64,000 nt of DNA from Candidatus Bathyarchaeota archaeon (GCA_963828195.1 CAWHDT010000005.1:192001-256000); one strand, 5' to 3'. Counted from the stretch's first letter, positions 40,303 to 50,622 are shown. The notes: generated by a model from the sequence alone, not told the origin. Translations and numbers: made by a program.

Positions 40303-40450
40303 AACGATGGAAAAGACAGGCAAATTGAAAGTCACAATCGAGCTTGAGGTAAACGAGCAACTGATGGATCTAGCAAAAGACGCGATAGCTAAGATGCCGA
40401 TGAGAATGCAGGAAATGTGGAAGATGCACGGCAACGAAAAGAAAGAATAA
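40295..40450 (+). CDS. 51-aa Met-rich microprotein (not in ORF track)
   Basis: MTETMEKTGKLKVTIELEVNEQLMDLAKDAIAKMPMRMQEMWKMHGNEKKE*; strong AGGAGGTG RBS at 40282-40289. Confidence 0.75.
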   Translation: MTETMEKTGKLKVTIELEVNEQLMDLAKDAIAKMPMRMQEMWKMHGNEKKE

Positions 40451-40550
40451 GCATCCCTAACAAAATAATTTGTTTTTCTTGTTTTTTATCTTTTTTCTGT
40501 TTTTAGAAAGATTTTTTACCCAAAAGATGCATTGTTCTTTAAGGATAAAT

Positions 40551-40847
40551 ATGAAGTTTTTAATTATACAAAAAGTAAAACGTGAGGTTTCCATGGAGAA
40601 ATGGGCTAAACTGCTTCCGCTTCAATTCAAGTATTTTGATGGCTTGGCGAAGGAGAAGACGCTTGAGGTATCCTATCATCTTATTGGGCAGCAGGGCAGC
40701 ATGTTGATAGTGAATGTTGATTCAGACGAGAAACTCTCAAAAATCGTCGGTCAAGACCCATTGTTTTTTGACTGCGAACGAGAAATTTACCCGCTGACGA
40801 CTCGGCAGACGCATGAGAAGCAAATTAGAGAGCTTCTTGGGCAATAA
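40551..40847 (+). CDS. muconolactone isomerase/DUF3303-like small protein
   Basis: MKFLI start, G.MLIVNVDS.E.L, EIYPL dimeric alpha/beta barrel pattern. Confidence 0.6.
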   Translation: MKFLIIQKVKREVSMEKWAKLLPLQFKYFDGLAKEKTLEVSYHLIGQQGSMLIVNVDSDEKLSKIVGQDPLFFDCEREIYPLTTRQTHEKQIRELLGQ

Positions 40848-40864
40848 AGTAGCGGTTTGTTATT

Positions 40865-41425
40865 ATGGTTTGTCACGGCGGCTTCACTCTTGACGAAGCA
40901 ACTAGACGTTCATGGTACAATCCAGAGGCTGTCCTGCATGACTTACAACTTGGCATGACGTTCATCGACATCGGCTGCGGCGACGGCTTCTTCAGCATCA
41001 CGGCAGCTAAAAAAGTAGGTGAAAAAGGCAAAGTTTACGCTGTAGACTCAGACGCTATAGCAATCGAAAAACTAAACCTCAAAGCCAAAACCCAAAACTT
41101 AGAAAACATCACAGCCAAAGTCGGCGCGGCTGAAGAAACGGTTTTCTGCAGCAAATGCGCAGATTTTGTTTTCTTTAGCATGGTGCTTCATGATTTTGCT
41201 GATCCAGTCAAAGTGCTGCAAAACGCTGAAAAGATGACAAAGCCTGCGGGGACGCTGATTGATTTGGATTGGAAAAAAAAAGACATGCCTTTTGGGCCGC
41301 CGGCAAAAATTAGGTTCAGCGAAGCGTTTGCATCGGGTTTAATTGAGAAGGCTGGCTTCCAAATTTGCAGTGTTAAAGATGCCGGAAGCTATCATTATGT
41401 CGTAATGGCAAAGTCTTTGCTGTAG
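40865..41425 (+). CDS. class I SAM-dependent methyltransferase
   Basis: FIDIGCGDG, KVYAVD, VLHD, DW.K....GPP. Confidence 0.88.
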   Translation: MVCHGGFTLDEATRRSWYNPEAVLHDLQLGMTFIDIGCGDGFFSITAAKKVGEKGKVYAVDSDAIAIEKLNLKAKTQNLENITAKVGAAEETVFCSKCADFVFFSMVLHDFADPVKVLQNAEKMTKPAGTLIDLDWKKKDMPFGPPAKIRFSEAFASGLIEKAGFQICSVKDAGSYHYVVMAKSLL

Positions 41426-41429
41426 AAAA

Positions 41430-42038
41430 TCATTTTTGCTCGGCGTGAGCGTAAAGTTCAAGCAGGTCTCTTTTGAAGAGTTCAGGCTGATCTTTGTAGG
41501 CTGAATGAGAGGCTCCACTGTAAACTAAAAGTTTAGCGTTAGGCAGCCTATTGGCCAGGGTTCTCATTTCTTCTCCTGAAATAATGTTATCTTGTGAACC
41601 CCAAATAATCTTCACAGGAAAATTGAACTTTCCATAAGATTGCACTAAATCATCGTCTTCCAACGCTCTACCAGGCGCAATCAAAAGTAAACCTTTTAGG
41701 GGGAAACGAGCGGCATACCTTAATGCTACATGCCCACCTATGCTGGCGCCGACAAGAACAGGCACTGCCGAACCGAACATGCTCTTGACAGCTTCAACTG
41801 CAAACGCCACGTTAGCTTCGGGGTTTCTGGTTTTAGGTTGGCATTTGCTTCTTAAACCGTAAGGCATATCTAAAGCTAAAAAGGGTACATGCTTCTCCAT
41901 TAATAGTTCAGTTGCTCCAATGCTCTGCCAAATATCCATTGTATAAGATAAGCCGTGAAGAAAAACAATCGGAACACCCGGAGCATTGAAGTATAAAGCC
42001 GGGCATTTATGACCTGCTGCAGATAACGTTTTTTCCAT
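41430..42038 (-). CDS. alpha/beta hydrolase (ABHD14-like)
   Basis: FLHG, GASIGG nucleophile elbow, WGSQD, ASH. Confidence 0.88.
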   Translation of the reverse strand: MEKTLSAAGHKCPALYFNAPGVPIVFLHGLSYTMDIWQSIGATELLMEKHVPFLALDMPYGLRSKCQPKTRNPEANVAFAVEAVKSMFGSAVPVLVGASIGGHVALRYAARFPLKGLLLIAPGRALEDDDLVQSYGKFNFPVKIIWGSQDNIISGEEMRTLANRLPNAKLLVYSGASHSAYKDQPELFKRDLLELYAHAEQK

Positions 42039-42122
42039 AAATTCAATTACGTTTCGTTTCTTATAACATTTGACTCCTAGTTAACGCCTGTGCGAAAAGA
42101 ATAATAGCCTTTCAATCTCTAG

Positions 42123-42614
42123 TTGAGTGGTGATTTTTTGTCTGTTAAAGTCGGCGATAAAGCCCCTGATTTTACACTTCCCTCGCAGATGGGAGACAAC
42201 GTGACTCTTTCAGAATTCATAGGCAAAAAGAACGTGGTCTTATACTTTTATCCCAAAGATGAAACGCCCGGCTGCATCAGAGAAGCCTGCAGTTTCAGAG
42301 ACAGCTACGAAGAACTTACAAAATTGGGCGCTGAAGTACTCGGTGTAAGCGGTCAAAGCGTGGAGTCCCACAAATCTTTTGCGACACATTATGGCTTGCC
42401 CTTCATACTGCTAGCCGACGAAGGCAACAAGGTACGCAAGCTGTACGGCGTCCCCTCATCCCTGGGCATAGTTCCAGGACGGGTCACCTACATAATTGAC
42501 AAGAAAGGCATTGTTAGGCGCATCTTCAATTCACAAACTCAAACCCAACAACATGTAGACGAAGCAAAAAACACGTTAAAAGAACTGGAAAAAGAGCAGC
42601 AAGTCACCGTTTAA
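42123..42614 (+). CDS. bcp: peroxiredoxin, BCP/PrxQ family
   Basis: [16 protein letters not shown]. Confidence 0.92.
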   Translation: MSGDFLSVKVGDKAPDFTLPSQMGDNVTLSEFIGKKNVVLYFYPKDETPGCIREACSFRDSYEELTKLGAEVLGVSGQSVESHKSFATHYGLPFILLADEGNKVRKLYGVPSSLGIVPGRVTYIIDKKGIVRRIFNSQTQTQQHVDEAKNTLKELEKEQQVTV

Positions 42615-42631
42615 AGTGGAGAAGCCGATAG

Positions 42632-43882
42632 TTGTTAAATTTATACAATACGCTCACACAGAAAATCGAGCCGTTCAAACCCGCCGAAGACATGCAGGTC
42701 AAAATGTACACTTGCGGCCCATCCACGTATCAACGAGCGCACATAGGAAACTACCGCACTTTCCTCTTCGAAGATGTACTACAGCGTTACATGGAATACT
42801 TAGGCTACAAAGTCACAAGGCTAATTACCTTAACAGATGTTGAAGACAAAGCCATAGCGCAGGCAAAAAAAGAAAACCTCACCGTAGAAGAGCTGACAAA
42901 AAAAAACGAAGCTGTCTTCTTCGAGGACTTCAAGCTCTTAAAAATAAAAAAGCCCGACTACGCCGTTAGAGCTTCCTCAGCTGTAGATCAAGCGGCGAAA
43001 TTAATTACCCAGCTCTTAGAAAAGGGCGTTGCGTACTGGTACGAGTATGAGGGCGCAAAAAACGTTTACTTTGACCCGTTGAAATTCAAAGGCTTCGGTA
43101 AACTGGCTCATTTGGACATGAGCAAATGGCCGAAAAAGAAACGCCGATTTCACTTAGACACGTACCCCGGCACGCCTTGGAACCGGGGCGACTTTATCAT
43201 TTGGGACGGATGCAAACAAGATGCCGTCTGTTATGTGGCGCCCATTGGAAGCGGCAGACCAGCGTGGAATATTCAGGATGCAGCCATCGTAACTAAGCAT
43301 CTGGGCTTCTCGATTGATGTTGCATGCGGCGGAATCGACAATTTAGTCAGGCATCACGATTATACGCTCGCCGTTGCAGAAGCCGTCAGCGGCAAAGAGT
43401 TCTCGCGTTACTGGCTTCACGGCGCGCACCTTTTGTTAAACGGCAAAAAAATGTCCAAAAGCACTGGCAACGTCCTTTACACAAACGACGTTTTAGGGAA
43501 AGGTTTCAGCGGTGAACAGTTAAGGTTCTTTCTCACCTATCGACCCTACAGGAAAAAACTAAACTTCACCTTTGAAAAACTCGCTGAAACAAGTCAAAAA
43601 CTCGCTTCTTTCAAAAACATGATCAATGACCTGCAAATGCAGAAATCAGACAATTCCAATGCAGAGACAGAAGGCGTCAAGGAAATTATCGTTTCTGTTT
43701 TCGAGAAGGGCATGAATAACGATTTAGACGTGAAAACGGCTTTCGACGGCGTATACAAAACAATCAGTGAACTGCATAAAAAGCGTGAAGCCTTAAGCGT
43801 TAAAGACATAACAAATACACTGGATGATTTACGCAGAATTGACTCAGTTTTCCAATTCATTTTTAAAGCCACGCAGGCTTAG
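42632..43882 (+). CDS. cysteinyl-tRNA synthetase-like protein with substituted zinc ligands
   Basis: LYNTLT, YTCGPS, HIGN, TDVEDK, KMSKS, MNNDL; but GRPAWNIQD and RHHDYT replace GRPGWHIEC and PHHENE. Confidence 0.85.
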   Translation: MLNLYNTLTQKIEPFKPAEDMQVKMYTCGPSTYQRAHIGNYRTFLFEDVLQRYMEYLGYKVTRLITLTDVEDKAIAQAKKENLTVEELTKKNEAVFFEDFKLLKIKKPDYAVRASSAVDQAAKLITQLLEKGVAYWYEYEGAKNVYFDPLKFKGFGKLAHLDMSKWPKKKRRFHLDTYPGTPWNRGDFIIWDGCKQDAVCYVAPIGSGRPAWNIQDAAIVTKHLGFSIDVACGGIDNLVRHHDYTLAVAEAVSGKEFSRYWLHGAHLLLNGKKMSKSTGNVLYTNDVLGKGFSGEQLRFFLTYRPYRKKLNFTFEKLAETSQKLASFKNMINDLQMQKSDNSNAETEGVKEIIVSVFEKGMNNDLDVKTAFDGVYKTISELHKKREALSVKDITNTLDDLRRIDSVFQFIFKATQA

Positions 43883-44133
43883 ACTAGTTCGCCTACCAGC
43901 TTGACTTTCGCAAGATTTTCTTCTTTATGAGGCGCCATCGCTAATTCTTCAGTTAAGTCTTTGCCCGCTTGATGCATCCCCAAGTGGTCGCCGTCGATCC
44001 AAAAACTACTCTGCGAAACATCGTAGACTTTTCCTCGGTACACTATGTATGCGGGTTTGCCGTTTTTTCCGTTGTTTTCTTCCAATTCTTGCTTTGTAAC
44101 CTTTTTTAGTTCAGACAAAAAATCACGTCTCAC
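43879..44133 (-). CDS. cytochrome b5-like heme/steroid-binding protein
   Basis: EL...NG.NG.PAY..Y.GKVYDVS..W..G.H...H.AG.DLT. Confidence 0.88.
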   Translation of the reverse strand: MRRDFLSELKKVTKQELEENNGKNGKPAYIVYRGKVYDVSQSSFWIDGDHLGMHQAGKDLTEELAMAPHKEENLAKVKLVGELV

Positions 44134-44398
44134 ATTTAAGTTGGCACTTGCATTTAAAATGTTTGTGCTCTGCGATTTAGCTGTTGGCTTTTCTTGTCAT
44201 TTTTTGTGTTGTTTTTTTGGTGCAAATATTAGGTAGGGCTATAGGTAGACGGGTTCTGGTCAGGGCTTGTTTTAGGTTGCTTTTTTGGTTTAGGGCTTAA
44301 TCGAAGATTTTAGTTCGCCTCAAAAAAATCAGAAAGAGCAAAAATTACGCCAAGGCGTACTAGATGATTCTAATAGGCTCCAAACATGTTTCAACATT

Positions 44399-44773
44399 CT
44401 AAATGGGCGCTCTTGCGCAAATGCTGTGAAGGCTAGTTTTACCCGTCAAGTTTTGCGCTAAAACGTTTGCTTTTGGGATAGCTGTCGGGACGTTGAAGCT
44501 TAGGCTCATTGTGTTTCCCTGGTTTGCGTTATTATTTGATTGGTTAACCTGCTCTGAGTAGAAGAACGCAAAAACAAAGATGCCTACAATTACCACCACA
44601 ACCACCACAGCGACTATAGCAACGACTTCGGGTGAAACGCCTTTTTTGTGAGTTGACACTGCCAGCGGCTGGGGAACAGGAGCCAAAGTCAAAGTCACTA
44701 CTGGCGTCCCGCATTTATGGCAGAAATGTGCGTTTTCTTCCAGTTGAGCTCCGCATATTCGACAGTAAGCCAC
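44399..44773 (-). CDS. zinc-ribbon membrane protein
   Basis: YCRICG..FCHKCG followed by a TM helix. Confidence 0.75.
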   Translation of the reverse strand: MAYCRICGAQLEENAHFCHKCGTPVVTLTLAPVPQPLAVSTHKKGVSPEVVAIVAVVVVVVIVGIFVFAFFYSEQVNQSNNNANQGNTMSLSFNVPTAIPKANVLAQNLTGKTSLHSICARAPI

Positions 44774-44919
44774 TGTGAAACCTCAACCTACGGCTAACGT
44801 CTTGAAAAATTTAAGCCTTGCCCAAAATTTCCTTTAACCTTGATATGCGTCATTTGGCGATAATTAAGTCCTAGTAATTTTAAATAAGGGCGGGGCTAAA
44901 CGGTTGTTGGAGATACCCT

Positions 44920-46620
44920 TTGCCAGAAAAAGTTCTCGTTACATCCGCTTGGCCATACATCAACGTCACGCCGCATTTAGGCAACCTTGTTGGATCAGTC
45001 CTATCCGCCGATGTTACCGCCCGTTACTACAGGTTGCGCTGCGACGACGTGCTGATGGTGAGCGGTTCAGACACCCACGGCACCCCCATAGAAGTTGAAG
45101 CGATAAGACAAGGCATCTCACCTAAAGCCCTAACAGATCGAAACCACACCCGCGTCGCCGAACTCTTCCGACGATGGGATGCCTCATTTGACAATTACAC
45201 CAGCACGGAGAGCCCAATCCACAAAGAGTTTGTCCAGAAAACGCTGCTTGAAATCCAAAAGAACGGTTACATCTTCGAGCAGGAAACCCAGATGCTCTAC
45301 TGCGAGCATGACCAACGTTTCTTGCCTGACCGCTTTGTGGAGGGCAAATGCCCCTACTGCGGATGCGAAAAAGCAAGGGGAGACCAATGCGACATGTGCG
45401 GCAGGCTTTTGGAGCCAACCATGCTGGTTGAGCCGTACTGCGTAATCTGCAAGAATAAACCCACAGTGAAGACCACTCGTCACTGGTACATTGACCTCTC
45501 AAAGCTTTCCCAGCCATTAACTGAGTACCTGCAGAGTAACCAGCAGCTTCCAGTCAATGTTAAAAACTTCAGCTTAAACTGGATAAAAGAAGGCTTAAAA
45601 CCTAGAGCCGTCACACGCGACATCGAATGGGGGATACCCGCACCCTTCAAAGGCGCAGAGGGCAAAACCATCTATGTCTGGGTTGACGCAGTTTTAGGCT
45701 ACGTTTCAGCAACCATCGAGCAGTGCCAACGTATGGGGCAGCCAGAGAAATGGAGGGAATTCTGGTTCAACAAACAAGCCAAAACTCTTTATTTCGTCGG
45801 CAAAGACAACATCCCATTCCACACCATAATCCTGCCAGCGCTTCTGTTAGCTTCGGGAGAAGGCTACAACCTGCCCTGGAATGTATCCGCCACCGAATTC
45901 CTCCAGTTCAGGGGGCAAAAAGCCTCAAAAAGCCAACGTGTCGGCATCTGGATAGATGAAGCCTTAGAAATGTTCCCCGTGGATTACTGGCGCTTCTTCT
46001 TAATCGCAACCCGACCTGAAAGCAAAGACACCAACTTCACATGGAGCGCTTTCATCGAAAAAATCAACGCAGACCTAAACGACACCTACGGCAACTTCAT
46101 CCACCGCACCCTCTCATTCGTCAACAGCAAATTTGAAAGTCAAATTCCAGCACCAACAAAACTTGACAAAGATGACGAAGCAGTTCTGCAAACGGTAAAA
46201 GAAAAGGTTGAACAGGCCGCCAAGGAAATTGAAGGTTCATGGCTGCAATCAGCCGCAAACACACTCATCGGCATAAGCAGAGTAGGCAACCAATACCTCA
46301 ATACCAAAGAGCCCTGGAACCTCATGAAAACTGACAAAGAAAAAGCCGGCACCGTCTTTTACGTGACCGCCCAAGTGGTTAAGGCTATTGCAGTTGTCTC
46401 ACAGCCATTTATGCCTGATACAGCAGAGCAGCTCTGGCAAACACTTAGCCTTCCGGGAAGCGCCGCTAAAACCAGTTGGAGCGAAGCCTTAGTGCCGCTT
46501 GAAGCTGGACACAAAATTGCTAAACCTAAACCGTTGTTCCACAAAATAGAAGCCGACGAAGCCAAGCTTGATGAGCAGTTGGCTGAGATTAGAGCTAAAA
46601 TGGCAAGCCAACCAAAATAA
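44920..46620 (+). CDS. metG: methionyl-tRNA synthetase (no C-terminal tRNA-binding domain)
   Basis: TSAWPYIN..HLGN, zinc knuckles, YVWVDA, GKDN..FH, KASKS. Confidence 0.97.
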   Translation: MPEKVLVTSAWPYINVTPHLGNLVGSVLSADVTARYYRLRCDDVLMVSGSDTHGTPIEVEAIRQGISPKALTDRNHTRVAELFRRWDASFDNYTSTESPIHKEFVQKTLLEIQKNGYIFEQETQMLYCEHDQRFLPDRFVEGKCPYCGCEKARGDQCDMCGRLLEPTMLVEPYCVICKNKPTVKTTRHWYIDLSKLSQPLTEYLQSNQQLPVNVKNFSLNWIKEGLKPRAVTRDIEWGIPAPFKGAEGKTIYVWVDAVLGYVSATIEQCQRMGQPEKWREFWFNKQAKTLYFVGKDNIPFHTIILPALLLASGEGYNLPWNVSATEFLQFRGQKASKSQRVGIWIDEALEMFPVDYWRFFLIATRPESKDTNFTWSAFIEKINADLNDTYGNFIHRTLSFVNSKFESQIPAPTKLDKDDEAVLQTVKEKVEQAAKEIEGSWLQSAANTLIGISRVGNQYLNTKEPWNLMKTDKEKAGTVFYVTAQVVKAIAVVSQPFMPDTAEQLWQTLSLPGSAAKTSWSEALVPLEAGHKIAKPKPLFHKIEADEAKLDEQLAEIRAKMASQPK

Positions 46621-46634
46621 GACGGGCGAAACTG

Positions 46635-47288
46635 ATGCAAATTAACGCCGACCTTCACGTGCATTCAAACTACTCCCAGGATTCACTGATTACTCCCAAA
46701 GAACTGGTTTATTATGCTAAAAAACGTGGGTTAACCTCTGTTGCCGTCACTGACCACAACCAAATTGAGGGCAGCTTAAAAATTGCTAAAGAAACAGATT
46801 TTCTTATCATCCCAGGAATGGAGGTTTCAAGTGCAGACGGCCACATAGTTGCCCTTAATCTTCAAGAGTTGATTCCAAGAGGCTTAAGTGCAAAAGAAAC
46901 AGTTGACAAAATCCACGAGACGGGCGGAATAGCTATTGCAGTTCACCCTTACGCTTGGTTAAAAGGCAGCTTAAATAGCCATGTTGAAGAAGCCCAGTTT
47001 GACGCCATAGAAACCTTGAACGCCTCAGCTTTTCCTTATGGACGCAACAAACAAAAAGCAGCCGCGGTAGCTCAGAAGCTTAAACTGCCCCAAGTGGCTG
47101 GAACCGACGCTCATTATGGTCCAACCATCGGTTACGGCTACACCTCGATTGACTGCGAACCCAACGTTGAGGCAATTGCAAAGGCAATCGTAAACGGGCA
47201 ATGCCAGCCTCACGGACAACAGGTGCCATTAACTCTTACTCTGCAACGCCAATACAGATTGATTATGCGAAGGTTTTCACGGATTTAA
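46635..47288 (+). CDS. PHP-domain phosphoesterase
   Basis: DLHVHS, TDHN, G.EVS, HP, GTDAH. Confidence 0.92.
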   Translation: MQINADLHVHSNYSQDSLITPKELVYYAKKRGLTSVAVTDHNQIEGSLKIAKETDFLIIPGMEVSSADGHIVALNLQELIPRGLSAKETVDKIHETGGIAIAVHPYAWLKGSLNSHVEEAQFDAIETLNASAFPYGRNKQKAAAVAQKLKLPQVAGTDAHYGPTIGYGYTSIDCEPNVEAIAKAIVNGQCQPHGQQVPLTLTLQRQYRLIMRRFSRI

Positions 47289-47978
47289 CTCGACTTTTCG
47301 CGCCTTACATAAAATGGAAATTCCAAAAAGATAATTTACCTTGGATTCAGCAATTAGCCATTTTTCAAGCAGTCCAGATAGGAACTTGTTGCTGGCTACC
47401 TGTTCATGCGGGTAATCTTTGTTTGAAAGTTTGATTCCAACGGCGATTGGCAGCGCCAGCAGATTCCAATGCCTAAAATACTCAATTTTGAAGCCTGAAT
47501 CACGCAGTTTGCCTTTTAGTTCCTTGTTAGAGTATCGTCGTTTATGCCCTAAAGCAAAGTCGTGTTTACTGAACAAAGCCTGGTAGGCAGGCACATTGAT
47601 TACAATGCAGCCGTTCTGCGTTAGCATTCCGTGGATCTTATGCAGGGCGACTCTGTCGTCTTGGATGTGTTCTAGTACGTCGCCGAGGATTATACATTCA
47701 AACTTTTCGTCTTTGCTCCAGTCATTGATGTCTGACGCGTAAGCTGTGATTCCCTTCTTTTTTGCGATTTCCACCGCTTTCAGGTCGGTGTCGATTGCCA
47801 CCACGCTAAAGCCCCTTTCCAAAAGCATCTTTGAAAGACGTCCTGAGCCGCAGCCCACATCCAAAGCTGTTTTGCCTTCAACAAGTTTCAAAATTAGCTT
47901 TACTTTCACTTTGCTCCAGAAATCGGATTCTTCTATGCGTTCTAAGTCTTCTGCGTGGCTATGTAAGTTTTCACCCAT
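47277..47978 (-). CDS. class I SAM-dependent methyltransferase
   Basis: LDVGCGSG, DVLEHI, HD...GHKRRY. Confidence 0.9.
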   Translation of the reverse strand: MGENLHSHAEDLERIEESDFWSKVKVKLILKLVEGKTALDVGCGSGRLSKMLLERGFSVVAIDTDLKAVEIAKKKGITAYASDINDWSKDEKFECIILGDVLEHIQDDRVALHKIHGMLTQNGCIVINVPAYQALFSKHDFALGHKRRYSNKELKGKLRDSGFKIEYFRHWNLLALPIAVGIKLSNKDYPHEQVASNKFLSGLLEKWLIAESKVNYLFGISILCKARKVELNP

Positions 47979-48649
47979 AATTTGAGTACGCCCCGACCCA
48001 TCTTCAACGTATCCTCGAAGAGGTTAAGCTTTGAATCTGGCTTATAACTCCACGTTACCGGCACCTCTTTTATTGTGTAACCCATTTTTTTGCATTTAAA
48101 AAGGAGTTCCGCATCGAACTCGAAGCCATTACTTTCGACTGTGTAGAGGGCGTTTTCCAAAACGTCTTTTTTGAAGGCTTTGCAGCCGCATTGAGTATCC
48201 CTCACGTTGAGGTTGAATAAAGCATTGAATAAATGCGAGAAAGCCTTGCCGGCGAAAACTCGGGCAAACGGGGGATAAACCAGGATTTTTGTTCCCGCAA
48301 CCTCTCTTGACGCAACTGCAACATCAACCTGGCTTAACCACGAAGCCACTTTGTCCACATCTGAAATCGGGACAGGAAGGTCTGAGTCAAGAAGCATCAC
48401 TATTTCGCCGTGAGCGTGCTCCACGCCTTTTTTGAAAGCGCCCCCCTTGCCGAGGCGCCTGTCTGAAGTAATTAGTTTAATAACTGCTGAATTCTTAGAA
48501 AACTCCTCAACTATGTCATCGGTTTTATCTGTGCTTTCGGAGACAATTAAAATTTCGCAGGACCCATTAAATCGGTCAACCAAGCTTTGCAGAGTGTTTT
48601 TAATTCGTTTTTCCTCATTGTAAGCTGGAATCACAATTGAAAGTTTCAT
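47942..48649 (-). CDS. GT2 glycosyltransferase (dolichyl-phosphate glucosyltransferase-like)
   Basis: SIVIPAYNEE, GKG, DSD, DTQCGCK, FEFDAE. Confidence 0.92.
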   Translation of the reverse strand: MKLSIVIPAYNEEKRIKNTLQSLVDRFNGSCEILIVSESTDKTDDIVEEFSKNSAVIKLITSDRRLGKGGAFKKGVEHAHGEIVMLLDSDLPVPISDVDKVASWLSQVDVAVASREVAGTKILVYPPFARVFAGKAFSHLFNALFNLNVRDTQCGCKAFKKDVLENALYTVESNGFEFDAELLFKCKKMGYTIKEVPVTWSYKPDSKLNLFEDTLKMGRGVLKLWVKTYIATQKT

Positions 48650-48822
48650 GTTGGCACTTGCCGATTTTTTTTAAGCGCTTGGTTTCATAACATTCTGAGT
48701 TGCTACCATAAGACTCTTTTGGGTAAAACCTCAATCCAACTTTTTTAAAAAACTTTGAAGCAAAATAACAACTGAAAACTGTACCTTTAATAAAAAGATG
48801 ACATAAGAGATAATGAAGAAAA

Positions 48823-49164
48823 ATGGCTTATCTGCGAGAAGAAAAAGAAACCCTCGAAGTCACCTATCCACTTAACACGGTTTGGGAATCTATTCCAAAA
48901 GCAGTTGAAAATTCTGGCTGGACAATAGAAGAAGCAAACCAAGATACACACCACGTTAAAATTAAAACTAAAGGCGCCTTCTTATCCTACCCATCAATAC
49001 TCACATTAGATTTATCAGTGATAGATGAAAAAACGACAAAGATGATAATCAAAGGAGAAACCCCCGTGACAACTATCACTTCAGTGGCAGATTACGGCAG
49101 AACAGGGGAACGTATAGAAGTATTGGTAGCGGCATTATCCAAGGTAATTGCGGCTAAACCCTAA
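48823..49164 (+). CDS. hypothetical protein
   Basis: 113-aa ORF with globular alpha/beta pattern. Confidence 0.7.
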   Translation: MAYLREEKETLEVTYPLNTVWESIPKAVENSGWTIEEANQDTHHVKIKTKGAFLSYPSILTLDLSVIDEKTTKMIIKGETPVTTITSVADYGRTGERIEVLVAALSKVIAAKP

Positions 49165-49187
49165 TTTCGGGGTTTTTCCCGAGTTTG

Positions 49188-49949
49188 TTAGCTTTGCCGC
49201 CATGGCGTTTGTGTTTTTGAAGCAGGATTCATCCAGTCATGCCCGAAAATTTCAGCTTCCCCGCTTTCAATGCCCTCAACTATTCGCTGTGCCGTGTAAT
49301 CTGGCGAATCGGCTCTTTTGAATACCTCTTGGGCTTCAGGTGATTCTTCTTGTTTTTGCAGTGAAGCATCTTTGATTGTGTTTTTCTCAAAGTCGCTAAG
49401 CGTAATGAAAGGGTAAACTACGCTGACAACAATTTTGTCCGCTTCAAGCTCTTGCCTTGCAACTAAGCTCAGTTGAGCTAAAGCGCGTTTCAGGGCTGAG
49501 TATGGACCGTTATCAGGCAGATACATCAGCGCGGTTCCTGAACTGATGTTAACGATTGTTCCTCCGCCTTGCCGCCTCATAATGGGAATGGCTTCTTTCA
49601 TGGCAACTAAGGGACCGACAACATCTAAATCGAAGATGTAGCGGAAAATTTCAATATCCGTTTTTTCGACGGGCACGTCGTATCCGCGGCCAGCGTTGTT
49701 TACCAAAATATCTATCCGTCCGAAATGGTCAAACGCCTGCTTAACCATGCTTTTTGCATCTTCAACTTTTGAAATGTCCGCTACGATGACGATTGATTCG
49801 GGCAGTTTTTGGGCAAGCGCCTCAAGTTTGTCTTTGGAGCGGGCGACTAAAGCCAGCTTGGCGCCTTTGCTGGAAAGAAGCTTCGCTGTGGCCAGTCCGA
49901 TGCCGCCAGATGCACCGGTGACAACTGCGACTTTTCCTTTGATTTCCAT
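49188..49949 (-). CDS. short-chain dehydrogenase/reductase
   Basis: TGASGGIG, NNAG, NISS, YSALK. Confidence 0.93.
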   Translation of the reverse strand: MEIKGKVAVVTGASGGIGLATAKLLSSKGAKLALVARSKDKLEALAQKLPESIVIVADISKVEDAKSMVKQAFDHFGRIDILVNNAGRGYDVPVEKTDIEIFRYIFDLDVVGPLVAMKEAIPIMRRQGGGTIVNISSGTALMYLPDNGPYSALKRALAQLSLVARQELEADKIVVSVVYPFITLSDFEKNTIKDASLQKQEESPEAQEVFKRADSPDYTAQRIVEGIESGEAEIFGHDWMNPASKTQTPWRQS

Positions 49950-49959
49950 GAGTTTGCCT

Positions 49960-50538
49960 CTAGTCGATGCGCTTGAGAATTTCTGCTGGGCGCTTCGGAG
50001 GCGCTTTTGGAAAGCCGCCTTTGGGGTAACCGAATATTATTGCTGCATGAACGTCATGGTCTTCCGGTACGCCGAGAACGGGTTTATTTTTTGGGTCATT
50101 TGCAACCCCAACTGCAGTGCCTATCCAGCAGCTTCCGACGCCCAGCGTGTAGGCGGCAAGCATCATGTTTTGCGCTGCCATGGAGCAGTCATAAATTGCG
50201 TAAGGAGATTTAACCCCTGAAACAAAAATCAAGAGGGGTGCATTGTAGAAGAGGTTGTAGTTTGGATCTTGCAGCCGTTTTTTTAAGCCGACTAAGCCTT
50301 CGTCGCCGACATCTGGCAGCATCCGAATTAGGGCAGGTTTCGCTATGTCAGAGAAATGCTTCATCTGTGCTTTATTTGTAACGATTGTGAATTTCCAGGG
50401 TTGAACGTTGATGGCGCTGGGCGCGTAGGTTGCAGCTTCCAGCAGCGTTTCGATTGTCGATTCGGGAACGGGTTTATCTTCATAACTTCGGATTGCTCGT
50501 CTAGATTTTATTGCTTCTAAAACTGGGTTTGTAACCAT
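49960..50538 (-). CDS. nitroreductase family protein
   Basis: RRAIRSY, APSAIN.QPW, QNMMLAA..LG.GSCWIG. Confidence 0.93.
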   Translation of the reverse strand: MVTNPVLEAIKSRRAIRSYEDKPVPESTIETLLEAATYAPSAINVQPWKFTIVTNKAQMKHFSDIAKPALIRMLPDVGDEGLVGLKKRLQDPNYNLFYNAPLLIFVSGVKSPYAIYDCSMAAQNMMLAAYTLGVGSCWIGTAVGVANDPKNKPVLGVPEDHDVHAAIIFGYPKGGFPKAPPKRPAEILKRID

Positions 50539-50622
50539 AAAATTTCGCCACTGTATAGGGAGACACGCGGTTTATAAAAATGATTCTGAACAGGCTGTGG
50601 CTGGTTTTGTATCCATTTTTTA

